Positions 1-13,200 of a stretch of DNA of 64,000 nucleotides are shown here, piece after piece. Both the position numbers and the translations under genes were made by a program. The notes under the pieces are model-generated. The model saw nothing but the letters and a program-made list of their open reading frames with translations. It made no database searches and was not told the DNA's origin. Source of the DNA: Phallusia mammillata. Taxonomy: Eukaryota. The stretch is taken from contig OZ281496.1 in NCBI GenBank assembly GCA_965637545.1, positions 5,766,001-5,830,000 of the forward strand, read 5' to 3'. Within the stretch, counting starts at the first letter, position 1. Every line of letters begins with the position of its first letter.

Positions 1-1979
1 ATGCAAGTTTGGGTTCAATATTACCAGTGTTAACGAAGCTACGACGGTTTCCGCTTAAGTGTCCCATTATACCCCGCTTTCCTATCACACAGAGTAACAA
101 TGAAAACAGTTACTTTTTGTGCAGTAACACTGTTCACTAAACCATTCAAGTCCAATGTAAATTATGTAACAAAATAGGTTCCGGTCGATGAGATATTGTG
201 AGATAAATTTAGGTCGCCTTCATCAGGGTAGGAGATACATTTTAGTTCGACGTCATCAGAGTAAATACCCCTGAATGCGCGTAGAGTTCTCGAAAAACAA
301 AGGTAAAACGAATCGAACGCAAGCACGCCACAACGCAACGAAAACACTGCGCGATAACAATGATTGGGTCCCTAATCTTTAGGCGGCAGTCTGTAGCAAG
401 CTGAAAGCATCAAGTCTGTTTTGATGTTAATTGTGTTGCCCCGTTGGTGAATAGTCCACGACTCAAGAAATATTCTTTGCTGTTTACATTACTCCTCACA
501 CAATCTATATTAAGTTTTAGATCAAATTGTGGAATATCTGGATTGTGTCGTTAGTGCCAATAAATGGCAGTAAAAAAGCAATTTGTGCTTTTTAAATATC
601 AGTATTTGTACTGCCTGACGATTCTTAGCTTGCCACAGCCTTTAGTTTCTAAGGATATGTCAGGACACTTGCCGTTTACGTCTACTGTTATTGCCCTAAC
701 CAACTATGATGTAAATTTGTGTAAGAAACAACATTATAAAGACGACTTACCTGTACCACATTTAACCTTGAACCAATAATTAAATTTGTGTACCTTTGCT
801 GTGTAAACTTCCGATTCTCTAACATTGTTGTTTTTATTGTACTCATTTACGTTATCTATGGTTCTAAAACTCTCATCATCAGTTATTTATAAACGAGATA
901 ACGGGTGGTGCCATGGCTGCGTCTTTTTGAACGACGCTGCCTTAAAATTATTTGAGTTTCACCGTAAACAAATTTGGGTTAAAAAAAACCCAAAAAAGTT
1001 TGGTATTTTGGGGGGGACACCCAAAATAGTTTTTGGGTAGTTTTGACCCAAACTTGGTTGGGTTAAATACAGTTCTACCCTATTAAATTACCCGATATTG
1101 TTTGGGTATAAATTAAATTTACCTGCTTTTTCTGGGTTATTATTTTGGGTTTAAACCCACCATGCCTAAAATTAAATGTACGTGTTTTACCCAAAAACTG
1201 TACATATAAAACGTTTTATTTTTGGAAAAAAACATACATAAAAAACATGCTAAATGCCTCAGAAGGAAAAACATAACAAACAAAAAGACAAACTAATTAC
1301 AACATATGACACACAATACCGAATCATACATTGACAAGACTGAAACATCAAATAAAAGCACTCGTAAAACTTGCAAAGCTTTGTCAACATGTGGAAAGTA
1401 TAGAACACATAATATAAGGCTGTGATGCCTTTAGAAATACCATCCACACTCAGTACAGGGTTTTTGCACAGAAAACAAAGTGATTTTTTGAGACGAAGAA
1501 ATATCTCCCCTATACAACCAAGAGCAGCTGCTGACGATCCCCAAAGGCTGCTCATGTATCTTCAAATGTTGTGTTTGCCTAAATATTCAAACATTATTAA
1601 TAAACTTAAAATAGCCACATATAAATAAATCTAATTTTAAATTTATTTTGTTTAATAACATTTTGCTAACAGTCATTTACAATAAATTAATGGTCATGAT
1701 TAAACTACTAAGTATAAAAAGACAATAAATATGTACCAAATACCTCATAGTACAACTTGCACAATGGGCTGTTTTCCAAAATATCATTGCTTTTTATTCC
1801 ATTTTTTAGCAATAAACTGTCATAGAAGAGTTGATTTTTTTATCATGTATACAGCAAAACCTGAAGTAAACAGAAAATCATAAAAGTAATGTTTAAATGT
1901 TTGCATAAAAATTTGGTAATACTGAATATTCATAAATTCCTACCGATTTTGCTTCATCATGCAAGCTTTTTCTTGCCAA

Positions 1980-3013
1980 CAATAGAGGTGGCCTGTCAGA
2001 GTCTGACGTCGGCGACAATCAAATGTTCCTGTCTTTCCATACACTTCCGGATGATGTCCAGCGGCAATTTGCCTGTGACACGTGATAGCCATCCAAGATA
2101 AGTCATACGCTGCCGACCACGATCTCTTCGCCCCTCCACCTTTCCGGTGAGCACCAGATGTTCCAATTGCTTCTTACGAAGCACGTGACCGAGAAATCGA
2201 ACCTGTCTCATGACGATGGTCCACATCAACTGTCTTGTTGTTCCAGCCCGCTGCAGCACCGCGTCATTTCGCACCTTCATCGTCCAGGATATGCGCATCA
2301 TTCTTCGCAGAAACCACATTTCCGCTGCCTCCAGGCGATTCTGCGTCGTTTGGCTGATGGTCCAACACTCACAGCCATATACGAGAACTGACCACACGTA
2401 GCATTTCAAGAGTCGAAGTCTTGTTGCAATGCTGATCGAGCGAGAGATCAGAACGCTTTTCATGTTTTTGTAGGCAGTTTTTGCAATTCCAATGCGCCTG
2501 CGGATATCTATGTCACACTTTCCTGTCGATGTTAACATGCTGCCCAAGTACTGGAACTGGCTGACCTGTTCCAGCACCTCTCCTTTCACTTTGATGTTGC
2601 ACGTCGGCGTGACGGCCTTCTTGGAGAAAACCATCACGAAAGATTTTCTCTTATTGATGGTAAGCCCTTTCATTTCGCTTTCCTCAACGGTCTTGTTTAT
2701 CATGTTCTGTAGCTTTTCTTCTGTGTCGGCAATGAGTACAGTGTCATCGGCGTACCTCAGGTTATTAACATTTACCCCGCCAATGATAAAGCCCTTCAGC
2801 TCTTTGATGTGGCGCATTATCATTTCCGTGTAAAGGGAGAACAGGTCTGGTGACATGATACACCCTTGCCTCACTCCGCGTTCGATGTTCACATACTCAC
2901 TCAGCGCACCATCTATCCTTACTGCTGCCTGCTGGTCCCAGTACAGATTCTTGATCAATTCGATGTCCTTCCCATCGATGTCCAGTGTCTCCAGCATTTC
3001 GATCAACGGTTCG
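1980..3013 (-). mobile_element. 5'-truncated RTE-clade non-LTR retrotransposon
   Basis: Contains the RT ORF. Flanked by the 11-bp direct repeat TTTCTTGCCAA at 1969-1979 and 3014-3024 (candidate TSD). Confidence 0.85.
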
Positions 3014-3024
3014 TTTCTTGCCAA
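1996..3024 (-). CDS. RTE-type reverse transcriptase, C-terminal part (open 342 aa)
   Basis: Motifs RGVRQGCIMSPDLF, LRYADDTVL, FQYLGS, RLEAAEMWFLRRM and GKVEGRRDRGRQR are typical of RTE LINEs. Confidence 0.92.
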   Translation of the reverse strand: MARNEPLIEMLETLDIDGKDIELIKNLYWDQQAAVRIDGALSEYVNIERGVRQGCIMSPDLFSLYTEMIMRHIKELKGFIIGGVNVNNLRYADDTVLIADTEEKLQNMINKTVEESEMKGLTINKRKSFVMVFSKKAVTPTCNIKVKGEVLEQVSQFQYLGSMLTSTGKCDIDIRRRIGIAKTAYKNMKSVLISRSISIATRLRLLKCYVWSVLVYGCECWTISQTTQNRLEAAEMWFLRRMMRISWTMKVRNDAVLQRAGTTRQLMWTIVMRQVRFLGHVLRKKQLEHLVLTGKVEGRRDRGRQRMTYLGWLSRVTGKLPLDIIRKCMERQEHLIVADVRL

Positions 3025-4675
3025 TATGTTTTTGAAAAAAAATCTTTTTAAAAAGAGATCTGCAGTCCCACCAATTTTGTTGTTGCAGGCCCCTTTGCAA
3101 GTTTCTTCTTTATTTCATTAGCTTGTGCATGGCGTTGATATGATAACTTTATGTATCAAAATGCCTGTAGGTAAATATAATGCTTTGAAATACACTTCAT
3201 TTATTTTGCTGCAACCTTGTTATCCATAGTATTAAAGCTTTATGTTTTGTATTTTGCCATATGTAACACAGACACTCATCAGTTCTCAACAGTACCTTTC
3301 CATCATTTTTGTTTTTAAAAATACCACATTAACAAAACATAACACTAGCACACCACATACATCCAATGCACAAAATTTAACAAAACATAGGCCTAATACT
3401 AAAATATTCTCTTATCACAGAAAGTCTTTATTAAAATTAATGTGAAACTTACTTCAAAGTTTTATCCTCTTTTCTGAGGGTCGTCCATAGTCCAAGCAAC
3501 CAAAAACAATTTGGGCAAAATCGGTTAATCTGTGAATGCCGAAGTATTAATCTCTTTAGGCTATGGCTAGCGCCGCTAGCGGTAGGCACATGGGCGCAGG
3601 TACCGACAAAAGAATAAGGCTCAAGCCCAAGGGAGTTGAGATTCCCGCACTTTTTGTTTGGCCGTTGGGCGCAGGCGGTGAGCCAAGCATGACGCAATTT
3701 TAAGCCATCGGGTGATCAAGCGTGAAATCAATTAAACAGCAAGTTTTATTTGTTTTCCAATGGGTTTTGGATTGTATATTAAAATTTTTTGATTAGTATT
3801 ATTTCCCTACAATCATTTGAAGTTTCGATTGCAACTTTAATGCGATTGTTTATGGTGATAAGTAAACGTAAAAAGTTAAAGTGTTTGGTGTCAGTCGAAT
3901 ACATGTGCTTTCAAAAACTGTTTTATTTGAAAAAAATACAAGCGTTAAAAAGACATGGTAAGATCAGGTTAAAAAAACCTACATTGTTTGACTACGGTAC
4001 CAATACCATTGAACACCAACAACCCAATTTGTTTGGGTAGAGTACAGCCCTATTTTACACAAACGATTTAGGCTAAAAAAAATTTACCCAATAAAGTGGG
4101 GTATATTTTTTTGGGTAACGCAAATTTGGGTAAAAAACATTGGGCAACAAATCAGTTTGCCCAAAATACTTGGGTATGTCGCTGCTGTACCCAAAGATCT
4201 CTTGGTCGTTTTACCTAAAATTGTTTACAGTGTTAGGGAGTTTCAAATTACGATGAAATTACGAGTGTAACAGGTAAAACATGAAACGATTTGATAAACA
4301 GCACAGGTTTGCGACCGTTTAAACAACAAGCATATGGTATATTTTACTTTGTGTTTAAAATACCCCATGTTGGTCGCTGGTAGAATTGTCAGCAGTCAGT
4401 CAAAGTACTCGCCATGTTTCGTTTTCAATTGCATTGTAAGATAAAAGTTGTAAAAGTTAACAAAAGTGGAGAAAGTTGTTGAGATACAAACTCTTAGAGA
4501 CAAATACATAGAAACAAGCGATATGAGATAATGCCCAGAAACATTTTGATTTTTCTGATATATTTGGACCTTGCCTTTCATACTTTGCAGAAAATATAGA
4601 TAGTCGTAGGAATTAAACCACAATTTTCCTATAGTGATGCAAGTGTGTACTAAAATGTCGTTAGTGCGCTATAGG

Positions 4676-5005
4676 CAGGGCTGCCATACCGTCCTTGTTT
4701 CTACGATTTTTTCAAAGGGTAATGTCTACGACAAAATGTTGTGCTGTTTTTCTAAAATACGTCTATTGACTTGAGTCCTTCCTTATTTTAACAGGTACAA
4801 ACCTTTTATCTTTTCATTGTTGTATCTGGTGTGGCTTAACATACCAAACACGTTTGTGACCAAAGAAAATATAACAAATATGGCATGTGATGTGTCATAG
4901 TTAGAAAAAAAGAAATGATTTGTTCAAAAACGTTTGTTTAGTTTAGTATGAAAATGAAATCTTTTTGTTGTCCTTATTTTGAGATCCATGTCCATGGCAA
5001 ACCTG
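4676..5005. mobile_element. hAT-type MITE (same family as 61833-62210)
   Basis: TIRs CAGGGCTGCCAT / ATGGCAAACCTG. Diverged 8-bp TSD GCTATAGG/ACTACAGG. Internal GTCCTTATTT motifs. Confidence 0.75.
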
Positions 5006-5079
5006 ACTACAGGACATTTTTGCTCTAATCAGCTCGCAGTGATTTCAAAGAATTAGTTGCCAAAGCGTTATGACGTAAA

Positions 5080-8000
5080 TAGTGGGATACGTGGTAGAGG
5101 CGCAGTAGGTCTGAAAGGACGTGGTGGTGGTGGAGGAGGCATGTTCACCTGATTGAGGTGGTGGTGTTTACCTGGAAGTGGTGGTGGTGGTGGAAAATTT
5201 ACCTGGAAATGGTGGTGGCGGTTTTTTTTTCACAATGAAAGGGGTAAAGTTTTTTATTGTATATAGATGTGGGTCTCGTGTTTTACACATTTCTGCTGCG
5301 GTGCAAGTATATCCTTGTTAATTTGCTTGTAAAAAAACCTGTGTTGGAAAGGTGACGTAGCGGGCGTTGGAGAAATGTTGACGCGCGTGAACGATTACCG
5401 GTACTTCCCCTTGCAACAATGAAAAAGTTGGGCGGCTCGTTAGGTTACATGCGTTGATGCTGTTTTGAAATCTTGTCACACACTTTGACAGATAAGCTGA
5501 TAAAGTAGCAAAGGAAACGGTAAATAGAAAACACAAGCTTTGTAGCCTACTCCGACAAAAGTTACAACTTATTTTCAGTTTCCCTTTAAAAGACACAATC
5601 CAAACCTTTAAACACAAACCTTCTAAATTTGACCAAAAGAATAAATTTTTGAAGAAATAGCATCTTCTAAAAACAACTATAAAAGTAAACAAAGAAGGTA
5701 GCAATGGTTTAAAAACACCAATCCTCTGAAATAATAACAACAAACTATAAAATCTATTCCTGAGAAGTAGTAGTTACTGCCACCTTTTAGAAAAAAAAAT
5801 ACACCTTGGAAGTGCTTTGAAATTTATTGATTTAAAATCAGGTCATTAAACATGTTTATTTTGGGCAGCCTTTTGTGTAAAAAACTGACTTAAATAGAAG
5901 TTTCTTTTAAACGCCAAACCAAATAGGCCTAAACTTTATTTTCTAAGAAATAGCATATCTTAAACAACTTAAAGGAAAAGTTAAAAAAACTCCAATACGC
6001 TTTCAAAAACCAACCTAAAAATCTTCTTCTCTTGAAAAGCGTCGTTAGCTTTAAAGCGAAGAAGGAGGTGCGAATAAGCACCGTTACCTGTAGAAACTCT
6101 GTAAACACTTTTGTTTTAAGCTACCTTTCAAAATATCTGTAAACGCCGAACCTACTAAAAGTGAGCAATAAAATCGTTTTCGATAAAATAGCATCTTCTA
6201 CAAATTACTCAAAAATTTAAACAGACGAAAGGAATGGTTTCAAAACACAAATCCGCTCATATAATAATAACAACCTATAAAATCTCTTCCTTAGAAAAAG
6301 TATTTTCTACAACCTTTACAGAAAAAATACAAAATACACATTGGAAGTGCTCTGAAATTATTGGCTTAAAATCAGGTCATTAATCCTTATATTAAGCAGC
6401 GACTTAAAACGAGCTTTCTTTCAAACGCCAAACTAACAACATACTTTTAAAATCCCCAACCTCACGACAATAAAGCATAAAATCCTTTTCTAAGAAAGAG
6501 CGTTTTGTACAAATTACTCAGTCATAAAAAAATGTTTTGGTGATTGGTGATTTAAAACTAATTCTTACCGAACTAAGAAATTAAAATCTCATTTTATAAG
6601 CAAGCTGCATAAGAAACACTAAAATGGCAGTTTTTCGATAGCCCACTACAAGAACTGGGTATAAAGTTTAATGTTTCCAAACAGTACCATAAAAGCATTG
6701 TCTTTACTCTCTCTGCAAAACGTTCAAGCCCAATACGCAGGGGTAAACTGGCAACTTGTTTCGTGCTGCTAAGTAGAAAATAGCACCCAAATGATTTGGT
6801 TCCCACGAAAACTGCCATACCATACATTTGCTTTTTGTCTGGTTGACCCAATCTAAGAAAAATGGACTTGCTAGTTTTGATGGACTGGTATGGGAAAAAC
6901 AACTGCTTTATTTGTCAAAAAAAATATCAACCAAAAGTTCTAACAATAACTTTATACGTGCCCAAAAATTTGTCGTTAACAAAAAATTAATCATTAACCG
7001 GTCAGACAAATATAAAAGAACCCGACCGGGGTCGGGATTATGCTGCCCTGTGTTTAGTATACCTTAAGAAATCTCGAAAAAATCTTGTTCCTGATAAAAA
7101 CGAATGTGAATCAAACATAGTTATTCGGTTCCACAAGCAAGCAATCCACGGCTGTGTTTTTCGCACCGACATATAACTAAAATATGTACCGTGCATCTTT
7201 TGTTGACCTTTTCAATGTACCACACATAAAGTAGGGTCGTTTCGTTAAAGTTTAAATTCAAAACTAAAGCATAAATTTAATTTTTTACCTGATTTAGTCA
7301 CTTCACCATCGTTTTATACCTCTTGATGCGAATTCTTTGAAAGCCTGTTTGATATGACGATTAACGTGTCTGACTGAGGAAAATCAACAGACTTTAAGTC
7401 AAATGTGAAATGTCAGTTGGCGAAGTGTTCGCATGTCAAAAATGAAAAAATAACTATATGTTCTTTTGCGCGATAAACATTTTGCTTTGTAAAAAAAGTT
7501 TTTCTTCGCTTGTCGTACGTGTCAAAGCTTTTCTTCCCACTGTTCGGGAGTGACACGCGATTAGCGCACTTGCGTGACTGTTACACGAGCGAAATGGGAG
7601 ACGTCTGTGCCAATCAGCCATCGGTATTTGATAGTCTCGCTAAGTCGGTGTAACTGTCGCTGACAGTTTTCGCCCTTTAATTCGAATCGCCCTTTAACTT
7701 TATCCTATTCTAGTCATGTAAACCTTCCGCCCAATGCTGTGAAAACCACAATGAAAGCTCAACATATTCCGTTGAGTGTGTCTTTATGTTGTAACCCGAC
7801 AAGTAATTGTTCTCCAAAGTGTTTGTCGTAACGGGAGATCCTTTTTTATTAAATTGTTTTATTTCTGCTCTTTGCCAAATTACACAACCCTCTGTCATTA
7901 TACATGAACGATGTACTTGAAAGCTTTCACACGCTACTGGACGCTTCATGCCAACTCGAGGAGCGTAGAGACATCGCAAAGCACCCCGCTTCTTTGCTCC

Positions 8001-8938
8001 AGTGCGTCGTTGTCAAGTACTTGGCGGTTTTGCTTTTGCTCAGCGTTAACGGTGGCAAGTACGACATCAACATAACCAAACGGTGGTTGATACCTGTTTT
8101 AATGACGAAGAGGAAAATTGACTTGTTGCGATAAAGGGTTTAACCATTTGCGCATCAAAGCCGCTTTGCGCGCAATATCTCATACGGCACGTTTTTGCAC
8201 AGCTTCAACTGTTCGACTGAAAAGTCGTTTGTTTCTTCTTAAGATGACTGATCTGTCTACACACTGAATGAAACGCGTTTTCTCTTTATGACTGCCTTTC
8301 ACAGTTCGGTTTCTGCAGCGGTAGTCAATCTCTTTTATTTTTTATCGGTTTATGGTTTATTTGCATTTTTTCGAGCACTCGCGATTCAAGCTAAAAATAT
8401 TTATTAAACTAAATACAGCGAAAACAAACAAAACTTAGCGAAACAAAACTGTTAGATAACACCTTCAAGTTTGTTTATTTCTTGCAAAGGTATTTCCACA
8501 ACAACATGCTTGATGAATTGCGTTTACTTTTATTAGATTACTTCGTAGTTCTTTAGTCACATACAAAACTAAAACAATGATGAAATCGTGCGCAAACAAT
8601 TACCTCTGTTAACAAAATTTCAGCTCTTCCGGCAGTTTTTTTATTTCTAATATGCCAACGTTTCTCTGTTGTTCATTGAAAATCTGATATTACATAAGAT
8701 TTCCCGAACTAGCGGGTGGAAGAAAATGTTCTGGACAGTTTACCAAAGAGAATATGTGATGTTATATGTTTATATTTTAGATAGTTTCAGGCAGATCTTA
8801 TCTTCGTTTCGTTGCTTGTTTTACAATCCGATGGTCGCTGAACTTGCTCAAATCGCAACATGTCAGCTTTCGCTGCGTGATTGTTTCTTAGATTGGTAAA
8901 AATAATAAAGAGAAGAACTGTTATTTTTCTTTGGGTTT
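5080..8938. repeat. Left arm of a giant inverted repeat
   Basis: Reverse complement of 10238-13504 over its length (e.g. 5081 AGTGGGATACGTGGTAGAGG vs 13484-13503), roughly 90% identical by eye. Arm-specific insertions at ~6575-7255 and 8611-8670. Confidence 0.93.
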
Positions 8939-9049
8939 GTGGGAATACCGTAATTTTTCCCTGTGTTGTTTACGAAGCCACGTACTTAATCCATTATATT
9001 TCTTCACTTGTCAACACGAAAGTTGAAAAGCCTCGTCAGAAGATATCCA

Positions 9050-9825
9050 AACAGTGCGATTGTTGAATGTTACATCATGTATTCTTTGAACACAAGTTCT
9101 CTGGTAGTTATGTTTTCGATTAAACTTTTGTATTTGCCATGTGAAAATTCGTTGCATAAGGTCCCCGCCTCCGTTATTTACCTAGCCTAAACCCATATAT
9201 TTTTTTTCGTTTTCAAACGAAGCTTATAAAATCCACGTCGACAAACAGAATGTAGGCAAAACAAGCAAAAAATTACTCAACAACCAAACGTGCAACTCTC
9301 GAGTCTGAAGACAAAAATAACTGAAAGAACGGAGATCTTTGATCAAATATGTCGCAAAACGCATTACGCTCAATATCCGAAGCCGAATGCGTTGGAAGTG
9401 TGTCGGTTAAATTCGGTCTGGGGTAATTTTTTTGCAAAATGAAGAGCTGTGTAAGCTTGTGTTTGCTGTTTTTCCTAAATTCCCGTATGTTTTAGTCAAG
9501 ACACACCTAAAACTAGTTTATCTAAAACCCGAAAAGTACGGTTACTGCAGAGTGCAGATTGTGTACAAGTCCACCTTCGTCGTGTTATTACCGATTGCAT
9601 CAAATACATGACAAAAGACGTTGCAGCGGATGGGTTCGTGCTAAAGTTTAAATGCAAAACTGGAGTCGCACCCGAAGCTTACCTAATGCGGGCTTGATTC
9701 GGCACTGACTTTACCTTATGCAACGAATTTTCACATGGCAAATACAAAAGTTTAATCGAAAACATAACTGCCAGAGAACTTGTGTTCAAAGAATACATGA
9801 TGTAACATTCAACAATCGCACTGTT
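9050..9825. repeat. 113-bp near-perfect inverted repeat pair (9050-9162 / 9713-9825), MITE-like
   Basis: AACAGTGCGATTG...GCATAAGGT vs ACCTTATGC...CAATCGCACTGTT, one mismatch seen. No TSD found. Confidence 0.88.
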
Positions 9826-10237
9826 GTCATGATCAGTGCGGGATGTAAATCAAGCTATTCTTTATACACAACTTCTCTGGCAGATATGTTTTTTGATTAA
9901 ACTACTCTTCATGTACGTGTACAGTGTATCTAAAAAACATAAACTCTCATAAAAAAGTGACAACCAATCTTACACCTTTTTTTGGAAAACAACAACAAAA
10001 AACAACACGGCAAACAAAGATTCAAGTTGCAAGGAGATGTAACAGGGAAATATATCTCAAATCAAAAAAAAAAACAATCGCTATGATTTACCCGTATGGC
10101 CCACACAAATGTTTTACGTTCAGTCTAACCATCATGCCCTTTCGTTAAAGTTTAACCAATATTATTCTTGTTTTCAATTTTTTTCCTTGACAGTTTTTTC
10201 TGCTGAGGTTATCTTGTGGGCTTAATTAACATGCTTT

Positions 10238-13200
10238 AAACCAAAGCAAAATAACAGTTCTTCTCTTTTTATTTTAGCAAATCTAAGAAACAATCGCGCA
10301 GCGAAAGCTGACATGTTGCGATTTGAGCAAGTTCAGCGACCATCGGATTGTAAAACAAGCAACGAAACGAAGATAAGATCTACCTGAAACTATCTAAAAT
10401 ATAAACACATAACATCACATATTCTCTTTGGTAAACTGTCCAGAACATTTTCTTCCACCCGCTAGTTCGGGAAATCTTATGTAATATCAGATTTTCAATG
10501 AACAACAGAGGTAATTGTTTGCGCACGATTTCATCATTGTTTTAGTTTTGTATGTGACTAAAGAACTACGAAGTAATCTAATAAAAGTAAACGCAATTCA
10601 TCAAGCATGTTGTTGTGGAAATACCTTTGCAAGAAATAAACAAACTTGAAGGTGTTATCTAACAGTTTTGTTTGTTTTCGCTGTACTTAGTTTAATAAAT
10701 ATTTTTAGCTTGAATCGCGAGTGCTCGAAAAAATTGCAAAGAAACCGTTTTGATAAAAAATAAATAAAAGAGATTGGCTACTGCTGCAGAAAACGAACTG
10801 TGAAAGGCAGTCATAAAGAGAAAACGCGTTTCATTCAGTGTAGACAGATCAGTCATCTTAAGAAAAAACAAACGACTTTTCAGTCGAATAGTTGAAGCCG
10901 TGCAAAAACGTGGCGTATGAGATATTGCGCGCAAATGGTTAAACCCTTTATCACAACAAAGTCAATTTTCCCCTTCGTCAATAAAACAGGTATCAACCAC
11001 CGTTTGGTTATGTTGATGTCGTACTTGCCACCGTTAACGCTGAGCAAAAGCAAAACCGCCAAGTACTTGACAACGACGCACTGGAGCAAAGAAGCGGGGT
11101 GCTTTGCGATGTCTCTACACTCCTCGCGTTGGCATGAAGCGTCCAGTAGCGTGTAAAGACTTTCGAAAACATCGTTCATGTATAATGACAGAGGGTTCTG
11201 CAATTTGGTAAAGAGCAGAAATAAAACAATTTAATAAAAAAGGATCTCCCGTTGCGACAAACACATTGGAGAAGAATGATTTGTCGGGTTACAACATAAA
11301 GACACACTCCACGGAATATGTTCAGCTTTCATTGTGGTTTTCACAGCATTGGGCGGAAGGTTTACATGACTAGAATAGGATAAAGTTAAAGGGCGATTCG
11401 AATTGGTAAAACTTCAATAAATCAGCGACAGTTACACCGACTTAAGCGAGACTATCAATTATCGATGGCTGATTGGCACAGACGCCTCCCATTTCTCTCG
11501 TGTAACAGCCACGTAAGTGCGCTAATCGCGTGTCACTCCCGAACAGTGGGAAGAAAAGCTTTGACATGTACGACAAGCGAAGAAAACCTTTTTTTTTCAC
11601 AAAGCAAAATGTTTATCGCGCAAAAGAACATATAGATTTTTTTTTTGACCTGCGAACACTTCACAACTGACAATTAACATTTGACTTAAAATCTGTTGGT
11701 TTCCCCCCGTCAGACACGTTAATCGTCATATCAAACAAGAATTCGCATGAAGAGGTATAAAACGATGGTGAAGTGACTAAATCAGGTAAAAAATTAAATT
11801 GATGCTTTAATTTTTTAAATTGACGGTAAGAATTTATTTTAAAGCTCCAGTCACCAAAACGTAGTTTATGTCTGAGGAATTGGTACAAAACGCTCTTTCT
11901 TAGAAAAGAATTTTATGTTTTATTTTCGTGATGTTGGGGAAATTGAAAGTATGTTGTTAGTTTGGCGTTAAAAAGAAAGTCGCTGCCTAATATAAGGACT
12001 TTATTAATGACCTGATTTTAAGTCAATAATTTCAGAGCACTTCCAATGTGTATTTTGTATTTTTTCTGAAAAAGTTGTAGAAAATACTTTTTCTAAGGAA
12101 GAGATTTTATAGTTTGGTATTATTATATGAGCGGATTTGTGTTTTGAAACCATTTTTTTGTCTGTTTAAATTTTTGGGTACTTTGTAGAAGATGCTATTT
12201 GTTCGAAAAAGATTTTATTGCTCACTTTTAGCAGGTTCGGCGTTTACAGATATTTTGAAAGGTAGCTTAAAACAAAAGTGTTTACAGAGCTTCTACAGAT
12301 AACGGCGCTTTTTCACATCTCCTTCGCTTCAAGGCTAACGACGCTTTTCAAGAGAAGAAGATTTTTAGGTTTGTTTTTGTGAGGTTGGTTTTTGAAAGCG
12401 TATTGGAGCTTTTTTAACTTTTCCTTTAAGTTGTTTGTAAGATATGCTATTTCTTAGAAAATAAAGTTTAGGCTAATTTGGTTTGGGGTTTAAAAGAAAC
12501 TTATATTTAAGACAGTATTTTATATAAAAGGCTGCCTAGAATAAACATGTTTAATGGCCTGATTTTAAATCAATAAATTTCAAAGCACTTCCATCGTGTA
12601 TTTATTTTTTTCTAAAAGGTGGCAGCAACTACTATTTCTCAGAAAGATATTTTATAGTTTGTTGTTATTATTTCAGAGGATTGGTGTTTTTAAACCATTG
12701 CTACCTTCTTTGTTTACTTTTATAGTTGCTTGTAGAAGATGCTATTTCTTCAAAAAATTATTTTATTGGTCAAATTTAGAAGGTTTGTGTTTAAAGGTTT
12801 GGACTGTGTCTTTTAAAGGGAAACTGAAAATAAGTTGTAATTTTTGTCGGAGTAGGCTACAAAGCTTGTGTTTTCTATTTACCGTTTCCTTTGTAGATAA
12901 CGGCGCTTGTTCATGTGTCTTTTTTCTCGTTTCAACTCTACAACCTCAGCCATTCAATTTTGACTTAGTCATAGTTAACCACCAACACAGAGAAACTCTT
13001 CTCTACTACGCTGCTACTAAAATTAAGCTTTGCCCCAGAGACTGTGTTTGATAACAGCAGAAAGCTGCTACTTTATCAGCTTATCTGTCAAAGTCCGTGT
13101 TTGAAAAGATTTCCAAACAGCACCAACGCATGTAACCTAACGAGCCGCCCAACTTTTCCATTGTTCCAAGGGGAAGTACCGGTAATCATTCACGAGCGTC

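Larger units (their letters stand above)
960..4232. mobile_element. Non-autonomous CACTA/EnSpm-like DNA transposon with a nested RTE LINE
   Basis: Imperfect terminal inverted repeats (TIRs) CACCGTAAACAAATTTGGG (960) and CCTAAAATTGTTTACAGTG (ends 4232), 16/19 match. 2-bp TSD TT on both sides. Dense subterminal TTTGGGT/ACCCAAA repeats at 960-1200 and 4020-4230. Confidence 0.7.

Noticed and set aside
170-800. Two CTGATGA motifs on the minus strand (219-262) and a possible GIY-YIG trace at 560-800
   Set aside because: No GAAA core with a paired stem II follows, and the protein similarity is too degraded. At most a Penelope fragment.
2158-3121. Plus-strand ORFs overlapping the RTE element
   Set aside because: Antisense shadows of the RT ORF.
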